This document shows, one piece after another, positions 25,660 to 38,739 of a stretch of 64,000 nt of DNA (position 1 is the first letter of the stretch; every line of letters begins with the position of its first letter). The translations under genes were made by a program, and so were the position numbers. The notes below the pieces were generated by a model that worked only from the letters and a program-made list of their open reading frames with translations, was not told where the DNA came from and searched no databases. Origin of the DNA: Heptranchias perlo (lineage: Eukaryota); NCBI RefSeq assembly GCF_035084215.1, contig NC_090367.1, forward strand, positions 186,001 through 250,000, in the 5' to 3' direction.

Positions 25660-27430
25660 CCTCACCATCTCCACAACTTCCATTCATATAGCTCATTTCA
25701 TGTTCCAGAGTGCTTCACTGCCATGCCTTACTTTTGAAATGCAGTTACATTTGTTATTCAGGCAAATGCTTCAGCCAATTTGCACATAGCAAGATCCCAC
25801 AAACAGAAAATAAAAAAATGAATTAAAGACTTGCATTTCTATAGCGCCTTTCCCAAAGCGCCTTACAGCCAATTAAATACTTTTGAAGTGTCGTCACTGT
25901 TGTAATGTAGGAAACGCGGCAGCCAATTTATGCACAGCAAGATCCCACAAACAGCAATGTGATAATGACCAGATCATCTGTTTGGTTGAGAGATAAATAT
26001 TGGGCCAGGACACCGGGGAGAATTCCCGTACTCTTCTTAGAAATAGTGTCATAGGACCTTTTACGTCCACCTGAGAGCGCAGATGGGGCCTTGGTTTAAC
26101 ATCTCATCCAAAGGACAGCACCTGCAACAGTGCAGCACTCCCTCAGTACTGACCCTCCGACAGTGCAGCACTCCCTCAGTACTGACCCTCCGACAGTGCA
26201 GCACTCCCTCAGTACTGACCCTCCGACAGTGCAGCACTCCCTCAGTACTGACCCTCCGACAGTGCAGCATTCCCTCAGTACTGACCCTCCGACAGTGCAG
26301 CATTCCCTCAGTACTGACCCTCCGACAGTGCGGCGCTCCCTCGGTACTGACCCTGCAACAGTGCATCACTCCCTCAGTACTGACCCTCCGACAGTGCAGC
26401 GCTCCCTCAGTACCGCCCCTCCGACAGTGCAGCGCTCCCTCAGTACCGCCCCTCCGACAGTGCAGCGCTCCCTCAGTACCGCCCCTCCGACAGTGCATCA
26501 CTCCCTCAGTACTGACCCTCCGACAGTGCAGCGCTCCCTCAGTACCGCCCCTCCGACAGTGCAGCGCTCCCTCAGTACCGCCCCTCCGACAGTGCAGCAC
26601 TCCCTCAGTACCGCCCCTCCGACAGTGCAGCGCTCCCTCAGTACCGCCCCTCCGACAGTGCAGCGCTCCCTCAGTACCGACTCTCCGATAGTGCAGCGCT
26701 CCCTCAGTACCGACCCTCCGACAGTGCAGCGCTCCCTCAGTACTGCCCCTCCGACAGTGCAGCGCTCCCTCAGTACTGACCCTCCGACAGTGCAGCGCTC
26801 CCTCAGTACCGCCCCTCCGACAGTGCAGCGCTCCCTCAGTACCGACCCTCCGACAGTGCAGCGCTCCCTCAGTACCGACCCTCCGACAGTGCAGCGCTCC
26901 CTCAGTACCGCCCCTCCGACAGTGCAGCGCTCCCTCAGTACCGACCCTCCGACAGTGCAGCGCTCCCTCAGTACCGACCCTCCGACAGTGCAGCGCTCCC
27001 TCAGTACCGCCCCTCCGACAGTGCAGCGCTCCCTCAGTACCGACCCTCCGACAGTGCAGCGCTCCCTCAGTACCGCCCCTCCGACAGTGCAGCGCTCCCT
27101 CAGTACCGACCCTCCGACAGTGCAGCGCTCCCTCAGTACCGCCCCTCCGACAGTGCAGCGCTCCCTCAGTACTGCCCCTTCGACAGTGCAGCGCTCCCTC
27201 AGTACTGACCCTCCGACAGTGCAGCGCTCCCTCAGTACCGACCCTCCGACAGTGCAGTGCTCCCTCAGTACTGACCCTCCGACAGTGCAGCGCTCCCTCA
27301 GTACGGACCCTCCGACAGTGCAGCGCTCCCTCAGTACCGCCCCTCCGACAGTGCAGCGCTCCCTCAGTACTGCACTGAAGATGAATGACCAGTTAATCTG
27401 TTTTTTAGTTGGTGTTGGTTTAGAGAGGAA
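25660..27430 (-). mobile_element. Deu-domain SINE nested in an older copy, with a 30-bp tandem expansion of ~41 units (26125-27375)
   Basis: SINE tail and body at 25825-26125 run into (CCTCCGACAGTGCAGCGCTCCCTCAGTACCGM)n; the older copy resumes at ~27380. Confidence 0.88.
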
Positions 27431-27979
27431 TGTTGTCATCTCGATAAGTCACTTATTGGAGAATTGTTTGGCGGGAGAATTCTTTCCAACAGTGGTGAAA
27501 TGAGCCAATGGGTGGGGCAGAGTGGGTCAGTCAACCACCTTTGGGCATTGATGATCCCTCAAAAGAGATGTTCAGTCATTCCTCACCAACTGAGATACGT
27601 TGTGCGGGCACTGAAGGTGTGATGGATGACTCTGGCCCGGAATCAGTCAATTCATTTGCCCACAGAGATCGAAATATCTCGCAGCTCAAAGTTCACAGAT
27701 GGTTATTCTGTGGGTGAACTATTAACAGCCAGCAGCCACACACGGAGGATCGGAATTAATTTAAGATTCATTGAACCAGCCAGGGTAGCGGGTGGGTCAG
27801 TGCCAACGGTCTCAGTGCCAGGAGGGGAAAATCAGCCATTGTCCGTGGGCCTGATTTCTATCCAGTAACACCTGTTGGAGAGTGTAGGTTCATGGACATC
27901 TCGTGATAACAGGGAGCAAAATTAGGAACACAATATAATGAAAGATTAAACTAGGTTTACCTTCTGTGTTCGCTTGCAG

Positions 27980-28025
27980 GAAGTCTGGCCGGGATATTAA
28001 TATAAAGAATCACGGAAAGTGTTGA
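27980..28025 (+). CDS. Kazal inhibitor gene A, exon 4: KSGRDINIKNHGKC*
   Basis: TTGCAG acceptor in phase; supplies the sixth Cys (HGKC); AATAAA at 28142-28147. Confidence 0.92.
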
Positions 28026-28492
28026 ACCACAGACAGGATCTTGAGATGCCAAAGTATAAGAATTTCACCACAAATTTAATTAACATTATGGTCATTGGGA
28101 ATAGAAGTACTTTTACATTTTGTGAAACTAGCAGAATTGTGAATAAAGTAAAAGTGTTTCTGAATTTGTGTGTATTTGATGATCAATCAGGCAGCGTGTA
28201 CAGCAACACTGGACTAGCACCAACATGGTGCTTCTGCAATGGAAATTTTGGAGGAGGCTTTTTCAGGACCTGAGCCTGAAAACTGCACAGCACCAGTCTG
28301 ACCATTGCAGTGCAATCTCGCACTGTGCTAACAGGTAATACTGAGTTTGCAAGGAAAATGCCAACACAAGCAATCAGGATGCAATTTTATTCAGTAACGA
28401 GCTAATTACATGATGTTTTTATAACGATATTTCAATTCATAACCACTGCTTTGTTTGAATTAAATTACATTTAGTGTTTCTCTGCCATGCTA

Positions 28493-28538
28493 TTAGCATG
28501 GACTGTCAGCCACAATTCTGATATCCATACCAGTTTCC
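28493..28538 (-). CDS. Kazal inhibitor gene B, exon 4: ETGMDIRIVADSPC*
   Basis: TTTCAG acceptor, in phase, sixth Cys then TAA; AATAAA on the minus strand at 28386-28391. Confidence 0.9.
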
Positions 28539-30219
28539 CTGAAACAGAATGAAAAATGTCAATTGATGATTCATCTATACTTCTTTCATCTACATTTAGA
28601 CACAATGAGCTTCCTCTTGCCATTTACAACTGTTAGGAGTTTAGTTTCCCTGCATTTCTAGGCTATATACTTACTGCATTGCAGTCAGCTGGTATCTGCT
28701 GATGGGCCACTGACAAATTTGCTTTCAACCAGGCAATAAAATTCTCAACTGACACCCCTGATTTCATCCAAGATAGCAGCAGGGGTGTCACAATTGGTCT
28801 CAGTGTCCATGGTCCAGGGAGAGAAGGACTCAGGTTCCTGCTTCTGATTGCTATGTAGTGTCTCCTTTTGCGCTGCTTGCATGGATATCAGATGAGGAGG
28901 TGATGGGGCTCAACTGTGATGCCTCTCCTCAAGGCCAAATTATCCACTGGCACCCACTTCCTCACCTATGAAGAATGCACACTTGGATGAGGTACCAAAG
29001 AGTGCCCAGCGTCTGTAGTACCAGCCCCCCAACATACGTTACCACTTCAGGAGAGAAAGGGTAAGGAGCTAACATAAACCAATATTCTCTCCGCTTCTTC
29101 TGAAGGTGCTGACCCATACGAACATATAAACTTGAAGGATAAAAGACATCTGGTCCGCTGAGCCTGTCCTATACTGTCACGGTGTAACTAATGCATACCA
29201 TGACTGTCAGCCGCCCCTCACCCCCACTCACGCAGTCTCCTGGGAGACACATTCCAATACCCACCTACTTTCTTCGTATCGTTATGTCGGCCACAGTCAG
29301 GAACTGATCCAGTTGCGGTAGTTCCATGGCTAGCACAAATCTTCTGGTCTGTAAGTGTCAATTGTAGCGCACCTGCTACCCCGGCTGAGATCAGCTGGCT
29401 TAGCATACTGCAGATCACATCACTGAGCTACTAGTTCGCATAGGTTGGTGCCTTTATCCAACAGGACATTGTGGGAAGCTAGAAAATGTATTTTTGGAGT
29501 GGGTTTTAGCAACTGGACAAACCTCTAGATCACAAGAATGGGAAGATGATTTGGGAAAGTCAAAAATAGGAATGATTATTAAATCTGATCTCAGTGGAGA
29601 TGATTATCTTGGTTTGATCCCCATTGGTCTCATCTTGCACTCTTGATAATGAAAGTCAGAATGCCCCTCCCAACCGATTGGCAGGCAACTGCATGATGAG
29701 AATGTGTGACAGAACCAGATCGGCAGTAAACATGGAAACTGCCATCAATAAGAGCTATTCCTATAATGGATGGGGGAATATTTCAACAGTCAACACTTTA
29801 AAAATTGTAATATAAAGTGTTGGTGTGGGTGTAGCACCAGCGCATGATACAAAGGAATAGCGGCAGACGATTTTAATCTCCCCAGTCCACCCAACCAGAG
29901 TCTCCGCTTTGCAGCTCTGAGAAATTGCTGAGCCAGAGCGGGGCCTGAACATAGTGCACTTTGGTCTCGTTTCCACACCAGGACCATCAGAAAACTCGCG
30001 CAGCTATAAACTGACATAAAATCAGTAAACTTCTTATGTAATATCACTTTCAGCTGGAAATTATTAGTCGACACACTGCCTTATACAGGAGAGAAATTAA
30101 TTTTCAAAAGATATTGCTCAGTTCTAAACAACATCCTTCCTTCTGATAAATCAGTTTTGTTTTCATTTACAATACGGGTCTTCACTGTGGTTCACAGGAG
30201 GAATTATAAAGACACTCAC

Positions 30220-30332
30220 TTAATTTGAGAACAGAGAACACAATGGTTTGGGTAAGTCACACCATCCGTGCCGCAGATAAGGTGAGTATCCTCAGTACAG
30301 GTAGGGAGATTGGTGTAAACGTCACATTCTGG
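30220..30332 (-). CDS. Kazal inhibitor gene B, exon 3: PECDVYTNLPTCTEDTHLICGTDGVTYPNHCVLCSQIK (P1 = Glu)
   Basis: Five Kazal Cys, ICGTDGVTYPN; CAG/GTGAGT; 113 nt. Confidence 0.93.
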
Positions 30333-30427
30333 CTGCGAGAGATCAGATTAACAGGTAACACTGACAATCAAACAGCGTTCGTCATTGCTCTTAAGGTGAA
30401 GTAAAGTGCCAAAGGTTAAGAGCTCAC

Positions 30428-30465
30428 CGTAGTAAAAGCAGGCCAAGTCAGCGGCAAGGCCACGT
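30428..30465 (-). CDS. Kazal inhibitor gene B, exon 2: DVALPLTWPAFTT
   Basis: TTTCAG/GTGAGC, 38 nt, phase 1-0. Confidence 0.85.
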
Positions 30466-30961
30466 CTGAAATAGAAAAACACACAAATCGTTACAAAGCA
30501 CACAAATGTGCACAGACCACTTGTGGACACCTGCCTATTGAGCAGTAGGACGATTTTTAGAAGTGACAGGGATTCTCACCGAAACCACATCAAACATTTG
30601 AATAAATCACATCATCAAGAAGGTCCAGGAGTAAAAGGTGATAACAAGAAGCGTTTAGAATGTTGGCCATTAGCCAAGAGGCTCCTTTAACATTCTCCCA
30701 CAACACTCTCTTCAATAAAGTCCTGGTTATCACTGTTTACGTTTGAAATGGGAACGGTTACGTAAAATTTACAGTACAGCAACAGGCCATTCGGCCCAAC
30801 TGGTCTGTCCTCGTGTTTATGCTCCACACGAGCCAGTATCTTCAGTACCAATGAGAGGGAAGATGCTCTGGTTCATGGAGATTTCAGATGGAAAAGAATC
30901 CCCATCTCCAGGCTCCAATATTAGATGGTGATAAATAATTTACAGTTAGACCCTCACTCAC

Positions 30962-31010
30962 CAGCGAAAGCAAGAACTGCAACGCTGACTATGAGAAACA
31001 TTCTGTCCAT
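30962..31010 (-). CDS. Kazal inhibitor gene B, exon 1 (signal peptide): MDRMFLIVSVAVLAFA
   Basis: AAGATGG start context, hydrophobic core, GTGAGT donor in phase 1; the four exons join into an 81-aa ORF; TATA-like CATAAATA at 31060-31067. Confidence 0.9.
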
Positions 31011-31639
31011 CTTCCCTGTGAGTTGAATGGGTGTGAGCTAACCAGTTCAATGCTGGCAGTATTTATGTAGTTTCACATCTTGTTCCTCCAATATCTTGGG
31101 TCAAGTATTGCCTGTGTCATGTGCTGAATCAGTTACTAAGTGCTGGTTGAAAAATTCTTTAAAAGAGTGGCTTGCAACACATGAACCATAGGTCAATCAA
31201 ACAGCCGAGTGGGTCCAATCCCAGTCATTGTGACGTGTTAGAACACTTTCAACTGCTGGGACCTGGGTTTGAATACAGCCCAAACTAAAGTGATGAAAGT
31301 CTTTTGGAGGGGTAGCAATCTGCAAAGATGTGCTCAAAAGGCTGAAAGTACATTAGCTCCTCCTGGCACCAGTAAGGAAAGTTTAACACTGCACCTCTTC
31401 TTCCTGCAGATCAGGTTTTACCAAGTGGAGCCCTGTTGGTGGGCAACCCCCCTCAGTCGGTGAATAAAATGCCTTCAGGGTCCGGATAAGACCCTGATTT
31501 GCATGTACTAATGAGGCTCCCAGGCCCAGTTAAGGTGGCAGCGGGTGAGAATGGTGTAGGAATCAGACAGTAAGTTTTTGGAGTCGATTTTAACTGTGTG
31601 GCTGCCCTGAACCCACCAGGTGGGGTGGGTTAAAACTGC

Positions 31640-31990
31640 CATGGTGTTGAAATTTGCAGATGATACCAAATTGGGGGTTATAGCTAATGTGAAAGACTGC
31701 ACTAAAATACAGGAAGACATTAACAGGGTGCACAGCAGGCTGTTAAATGGCAAATGAAATTCAATATAGCAAAGTGTGAGGTGGTTCATTTTGGTAGGAG
31801 GAATGAGGAGGCCACTTAATTCTTTGAAGGTAAGAAATTAAATGGGGTAGAAACTAAACGAGGTAGAGGAGCAAAGTGCGGAAAAGATTTACAAGGATGT
31901 TACCAGAATTGATATGGTGCAACTATCAGGAAAGGATGAGCAGGCTCTTTTTCTATGGAAAAGAGAAGACTAAGAGGAGAGCGGACTTCA
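31640..31990 (+). mobile_element. Old CR1 RT fragment
   Basis: KFADDTKLG, WQMKFN, KCEVVHFGR, RFTRMLPEL. Confidence 0.75.
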
Positions 31991-33138
31991 ATAATGTTTC
32001 CATGTGGCTGTCACTGGATGATGTGTACAAGAGGAAGTACCAATTTATGGATTACATTGATGAGGTTCTGAGTGGATTATCTCGATAACAGACAATATGG
32101 ATATTAGAATTCTTATTTTATTTTTCTGATGTTTTTGCCCTCTTTTCTACTTTTCCCATCCACCGTCAAAGTTAGTTTTTAGAGCTCAGGGCACAGTCCT
32201 GTTAGCCTGTTAGTAGTCAAAGCTGGTACCAGCTGTTTTTTGGCACAGGCCTGATGGCTGATCATCAAAGCTGGCATATCGTGCTCTGGGCACAGTCCTC
32301 ATCATCCATCACCTCTTAGCTTCCTAATTGGGTACACTAATTAGCCAATGAAGTCTGATCTTAAGTAAACGTGGCAGAGAAGTGTAAAGATTTATGTTCC
32401 AACTGCTGCCACTTTGCTTTTAAGGGAACAGGGCTTGTAAGAAAACCAGGATGTGTGTGTCAGAAATCTCAATGTGTAAAAGTCTGACAGTCAAGTCAGA
32501 AATCTCAGTAAGGCATGCTTACATCATAAATCATGTGACAGGCAGTCCATAGGGATAGATGACTTGGATTTGTCCACTATCACTGGTTGACCAGTGACTA
32601 TGAAAGTGATATCGTCCTGCCAGGTAGTGATCAACCATCTTATTTCCTGGTGTGTAGATTGAGCAGGTGCACCGTCATGCTGAAAAATCCCTGCTCTCTT
32701 CAACATTTTCTCCTCTTATGATAAGGGCTGCTTCCTCCGCAGATCTAAAGATGTAATCCTGCCCTAAAAGGTCTCTTTGTGCATCAGCTTGGTGCAGTGG
32801 CTGGCTGAGAAGGATCTGGATTTGAGCCTCACACAAAGGCTAATCTAGGCTGACATTGCAGTGCAATGTTGGAGGCGTCGTCCTTTGGATGGGAAGTTAA
32901 GATGAGTTCCCATCGGTCTGTTTCGTTGGTTCAGGTGGATATTAAAGATACCATAGTACTAAGAGATGAAGAGTTGTCCAGGTCTCCCCTCCACACATAT
33001 TCCCTGTCCCTCCAACAGGCTAGTTTATAGATGCTTTTACAATTAGGGTTAGGGTTGGATCATGGGAGAGTGATGCCCCCGAGTTTCCTACATTTACACT
33101 ATGAAAACTGGCTCCCTTATCCCAACTGAATGATAGAT

Positions 33139-33296
33139 AAATGTAAGGAATCTTACAACACCAGGTTATAGTCCAACAATTTTATTTGAAAATCACAAGC
33201 TTTCGGAGGCTTTTCGAATAAAGCTGTTGGACTATAACCTGGTGTTGTAAGATTCCTTACATTTGTCCACCCCAGTCCATCACCGGCATCTCCACA
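33139..33296. mobile_element. Penelope-like non-autonomous hairpin element with target-site duplication
   Basis: Perfect 40-bp inverted arms 33139-33178/33225-33264; flanked by GAATGATAGAT / GAATGATCGAT; the family assignment rests on recalled shark repeats. Confidence 0.75.
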
Positions 33297-33716
33297 GAAT
33301 GATCGATAAGTCCAGGATTCTGCCGTCAGGTTAAGCGAGCTGGTTTAAGCGATGCCAACACAGGAGCTGACTCAAGGACGACGCTTTCCCACATTCCGGA
33401 GCACAGAAGCATCAAAAGTGACTCACGTTAGGACCAGTTTAAAAAAAGAAGTTAAATGGCGAGAACGGGACTAGTGCAGGAAGGGGCCGTGTCCCATAGT
33501 ATCAGTGGGGTGGGATCAACTATAAATGAGGGTTTGAGATTTAGTCCAGGGCTGGTTGGTTCACACCGAGTAGAAAAAATGATCAAGTAACGTGCACGGA
33601 TCAACTGAAGCCAAAATACGTTGCTGCAGACGGTCGAGAATGTTATGACCCAGCACTTGCAGTAGGAGCTTTGCCCGCCCGCCGCATGCTCCTGGAAGAC
33701 GCGGGCACCATGTTAG

Positions 33717-33849
33717 GAGTTACTATCGGTCACCGCGAGTTTACTATCGGTCACCGCGAGTTACTATCGGTCACCGCGAGTTACTATCGGTCACCGCGAG
33801 TTTACTATCGGTCACCGCGAGTTTACTATCGGTCACCGCGAGTTACTAT
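33717..33849. repeat. 20-21 bp minisatellite (GAGTTACTATCGGTCACCGC) x~6
   Basis: Tandem units. Confidence 0.95.
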
Positions 33850-34294
33850 TAAGTTACTGGTTGGGATCCAGGCTCCGCCCGAATCGCTCCCCCACCTTCG
33901 CCTCCTGGTTCTTGGAACTTCTGGCACCAAACCAGGAGCAAAGATGCTCAACCACGGGGGACCCGCCCTTTTTATGAGGTAAATGCGGGAACATTTGCAG
34001 AAACCGGGCGATCAAACCTCCCGGAATTCCTCCAACCAGAGTTGGCAACCCGAAGTGAACCAGGGTTTCCGCCGAGGTGACGGGCGGGGCGGCGAGGAAA
34101 TCCCCCCCCCCCCCCCCCAAAAGATATTATTTCCTTTGACAAAACGTTGTCGTTTTTTACATCTCTGTGTGTTTGTAAGTTTGAAGTTTATATCCTTGAA
34201 GTATATTTGTTGCCTACCGCTCCTTCCCGCCTGCCGTTCGCGCCCGAGTTCGAATTTGTACTGAACCAACGGATCGGCGCGCGGGAGGGAGGAG

Positions 34295-34812
34295 CTGGAC
34301 CAATCAGGCAGCGCGGGGTGACTGGACCAATCAGGCAGCGCGGAGTGACTGGGCCAATCAGGCATCGCGGGGTGACTGGGCCAATCAGACAGCGCGGGGT
34401 AAGTGGATTAATCAGGCCGCGTGGGATAACTGGATCAATCAGGCAGCGCGGAGTGACTGGACCAATCAGACAGCGCGGAGTAAGTGGATTAATCAGGCCG
34501 CGTGGGATAACTGGATCAATCAGGCAGCGCGGAGTGACTGGACCAATCAGGCAGCGCGGAGTGACTGGACCAATCAGGCAGCGCGGGGTAAGTGGACCAA
34601 TCAGGCAGCGCGGAGTGACTGAGTCAATCAGGCAGCGCGGGGTAAGTGGACCAATCAGGCAGCGCGGAGTGACTGAGCCAATCAGGCAGCGCGGGGTAAG
34701 TGGACCAATCAGGCAGCGCGGGGTGACTGGATCAATCAGGCAGCGTGGAGTGATTGGACCAATCAGGCAGCGTGGGGTAAGTGGACCAATCAGGCGGCGC
34801 GGAGTGATTGGC
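34295..34812 (+). repeat. 24-bp minisatellite (GTGACTGGACCAATCAGGCAGCGCGGR core), ~21 units, most with a CCAAT box
   Basis: Tandem units inside a CpG-rich stretch (~33.6-35.0 kb). Confidence 0.93.
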
Positions 34813-37812
34813 GCCAAGGGGCGGACGGGCAGCAACTGCCATAAACGGTAGGATTTTGTTAATAATAATAATTGTCATTAAATGTAATTCCGGGGAAGAA
34901 AAGCTGCACAAAGACCGAGAGCTGTGGAGCGGCCACATGTGGAAAGTTGTGTGTGGAGAAATGTCGAGGATGTGAAGCTCGGTAACGGGTCGGTGCAGAA
35001 ATCTTGTCATTTTTTTTGTGAGGGGCACAATCTGTGACCATTCGGCCCATCGCCCTGCTATCCAGCTGTTCAACACTGCTGGTTTTGTTGATTGCTGCTG
35101 TTCATTGGCTGGACATATTGAGTGTTGAGTCCACTGTAACCTCTAGATTTATTTTAAATTCACCCTCAGCTATTTCCACACATTCATCAAGTTTGCATGG
35201 TGCCCATTTTTCTTTCCTATGTTCATTACTTTACATTTGCCTGCATTAAAGTTAATGCACCATTTCTCACTTTCCCATCTTTGCTATTTTCCAAGCACAG
35301 TTCTGTTGACCATGTCTCCGTGCTCTGGATCAGGCCCTGATCGTTCTCCCAAACCAGCACATTGTGCTACTGGCACAGTCATCAATAGCCCGAGCAGGTG
35401 CATCATGTCCTGGGCATGATGTTCCATCAGAGAGCTGGTACATCACGCTCTTGATACAGACGTCTTGGCCCATCACCAGTTAAAGTTGTATGTCTGGTCT
35501 TCCTGCAATCTTGTTAGCACACTACCAGTAAAGAAAAAACAGCGGTTCTGAAATTCTGCACTGCTTTGTCTTTTCCCCAGAAGGCCAGAAAATTGGGGTG
35601 GAAGCTGTTTCCACAGGCTTTCCACCCCAAAATTGAATTTTCACGTGCATTTTTGTGCTTTCCACAGTCTGCCTGCCAAGTCCCCAGCCACCTAATCAGC
35701 ATATATCATAATAAGCACCAGTGGGTACTACAGCCCCGATTTTCCTGGTTTCATGCTCTCAATGCACTGGGGACAAATTAGAATGAGAAATACAATGCAT
35801 GGCTGTTACCAGGATTGGCTCAGACTGGTGGAAGTGAGGACTTTTTGAGCCTGAAAATGGCTGAAAATTTGAGCCGTGATCACTGCACCCTAGAAATGAC
35901 TTTTTGGAGTGATTTATTCCCGTTCAGCCCAGACAGCTTTGAACTTGCTTCTCAATGGCTGTAGGAGTGTGAAATCACCTAGAGTGAGAGCTTCTCAGGA
36001 GCAGGGTGGCATTTCCCTATCACTATATCTTTGTAAGCCATTGTCATAGAGGAGGAAGAACAGGAGAGGTCGGAGGAACAGTGAATGAGGCAGCATTTAA
36101 GGAGGATAAACCTCATCAGATATCAACCTCGGAAAGAATATCCAGGTATCACGGGTCCTGTGAGGACCTTAGTGAGGAGTTTGTATTAGAAGGCTCAGCA
36201 CTCAATTCCTTGGCTTCCTGTCCAGCTGGATAACAAAAAGACACAGAAACACATAGTTTGGGTCAGTGTGGAAGACCCAGTAATAGAGACAGGGACAGGG
36301 CGCATGAGTGCTCTCATTAAGGAGGTGCTGATCAGGTTCAGAGGAATTACTGGTCAGAAAAGGTATATTTAACCCTCTAACAGGGACACTGTAGCATGTT
36401 ATTTTGTTTGTTACAAGGAATGTTAAGAAATAAACTAATTCATTGTAAACGGTTTCTCTGTCGTTCACTTACTGTTTTATAAAATAAATCCACCTCTTGA
36501 TTTATACGTGACCTTGCCTCGCAAGAGTTAGTCATCCAACCTTTTGTAAAATTGAAAAAGTGCACATGGTGGCGAGTGCAAGATTATAGTATCCAGCTCA
36601 GAAAATAAGGGGTTTTCATTGTTACAGCCACTGAGTCACACTTTTGTGGGGCTAGAAATTGGGCGGTAAGATAAACTTCTGATTGTGATGGACGTGGGAT
36701 CTGCTTACAGGAGAGACCAGTGATGCTGAACCTAAAATAATATCTAGAGCAGACTCGAAGCTACCATTTCACTAACCTGTATAAACTCCTCCATAGAGAT
36801 CACTATACCTCCTTATACACTGCTCCTTTATTAGGGTAGGTAAGGCATCCCCCCCCCTACCGTATAATCTTTCGCTTGGGTCTTCTGAGAATGTTGCTTC
36901 TGTACGGAACCAGCCATGAAAGAAACAAATACCTTGTCATCTTCCTGCTGGGTTTAATTCCTTATGTGTCTGTTTTATTCCCATTCTGAGTGTGACTCAT
37001 GTCTCCATGTGCAAAAATCCTGTAAGTATTTGGAAAATGCAATGTGGCTAAAATTAATTCTACTAATTAAGGAGTGGGGTTAAGGGAATGGTGATAAATG
37101 TTAATGGAGCTAATTACAAAGTAATGTGTGTTGGAAATGAAAGCAGCCAATATGTTTATACAATGGACACAGGGATGCAATTTTTAAAACAAACACCTCT
37201 TGAACAAAGTCTTAAGAATCAGAATACGCTTTTTGTCCATATTGGTCTTGTGGAGCAGAGCTTCGCTGCTTCAATACAAAGATTCACTGCTTCAAAAGCA
37301 ATCTAAGTATATGGTTGAAAACAGTGCCAGAGGGATGTATATGTACAGCCAATTTAAACAAATGCTGTGTGGGATAGAATAGTTCCTATACTGTTGGAAT
37401 GGTAACTAGTTGGAGGCCAACTGGTGGAAATAAGGGAATGGATGAGTGTTCAGGAGATTACTCGATTTATTTTTGAGTATCAGGGAACATTTTGCAGAAC
37501 TTTCTTTTTAGGAGATTAAATACCTGGAGGAGAGTCCACTGTACTGCATGGTCTGTGAAAGGAGCAAGCCTGATGGGCCGAATGGCTTATTTTCAAACCA
37601 TGCTTTCAAATGTCAACTACGTGGCAATTTTTTCTGGAGTTCCTATGACGTGGAAATTGCATTGCGCAGTGCCCGTTTCTCGCACTTTCTTGCACTCATT
37701 TATGAAGAAAACGCCATCACACACGATTATTCTGTGGTTTTATTTTATCCAATGTTCAGTCAAATGATTGAAGAGATTTTAAACAAATTTGATTCATCAT
37801 CAGGTCTGTAAA

Positions 37813-37885
37813 TTACACTTTCTGTTCCATTGAGCCTTTCTTGCATTTTCCTGGATGTTTGATTTTGACATTTAAACTTTTCTCC
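37813..37885 (-). pseudogene. Kazal locus C, orphan exon 4: EKSLNVKIKHPGKCKKGSMEQKV*
   Basis: Acceptor context (CCCTGAAAGAAGTGAAAAATGT on +) is homologous to exon 4 of B, D and E; HPGKC; no exons 2-3 found. Confidence 0.75.
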
Positions 37886-38739
37886 CTGAAAGAAGTGAAA
37901 AATGTAAGTTCTTTCATTCATAATACGACACGATGAGCACTCTCCAACCCGTGGAACTGGCCTAGGATTGGACCGCGTCTGAATCGGGATGGAGTCCCTG
38001 TGCGAGAAAATTGGAAAACTAATGTTGCAGGTGATTAAACTAATGTTGAGGCGGCAGGACCATGTGAGCTTGGTCCCTTGGCCCCATTTGTTTATTACTG
38101 CCTGTTTCAGGCACGGGCCCTGGATGCCTATACAGGAGCCTTTACCAATATGGGAGGCGGTGGACTTCCAGCATGGACGCCAAGAAATTTGTAGCTCATT
38201 AAGTTCTCTAATGTTCCCACGTCACACACTGACTGTAGTAAATTGTTTGGGTGGACAGTCTTCTGCCAGACCTCAACCAATGCTGCTCTGAAACGTGAGG
38301 CTTATCAGGTGGGTTGGGAATGATTTCCCCAGAGGGGAGATGCTTGGCCTATGCACAGCACCACCTCAGTTGCAAGGTTGAGTCCAGGGGGCCGATTTTA
38401 CTTGGAGGTTGGGGGTGTGGCGGGGTCGAGGTGGGTGGAGCACCTGAAAGAAGTCATCGCTGCGAGAGTTGGCGGATTATAACTGCCAGGCCTCATAATT
38501 TGATTGGCAGTCAGTAGACCAGCCAAACGCTTTGGCAGCGGGCGTCTGAAACCCCACAGCCAATCTTTCCCCTTCTTCCAGCCATCTCCAACGTGAAGAT
38601 AATTAAATTGCAGATCCTGGAATGTTCTCAGACACCTCTGGCTGGGATCTCACCTATTACCTGTTTAATTGGTTTCAGTAATACTATACTGCAAGACACC
38701 TTTAAAAGGTTTTGAAGAAGTTATTTAGTTACTCATTCA

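Noticed and set aside
26061-27503. Repetitive ORFs up to 457 aa
   Set aside because: Tandem expansion inside a SINE in an intron of Kazal gene A
34147-34851. Collagen-like ORF (GPIRQRGV)n
   Set aside because: Period is 8 aa, not Gly-X-Y; better explained as a DNA-level repeat
36030-36625. Possible solo LTR (TGTAAG...GTTACA, internal AATAAA)
   Set aside because: No matching TSD, PBS or second copy in the window
11700-37500. COX8A or OTUB1, expected from human synteny downstream of NAA40
   Set aside because: No convincing match found by eye; a tBLASTn search would be needed to exclude them
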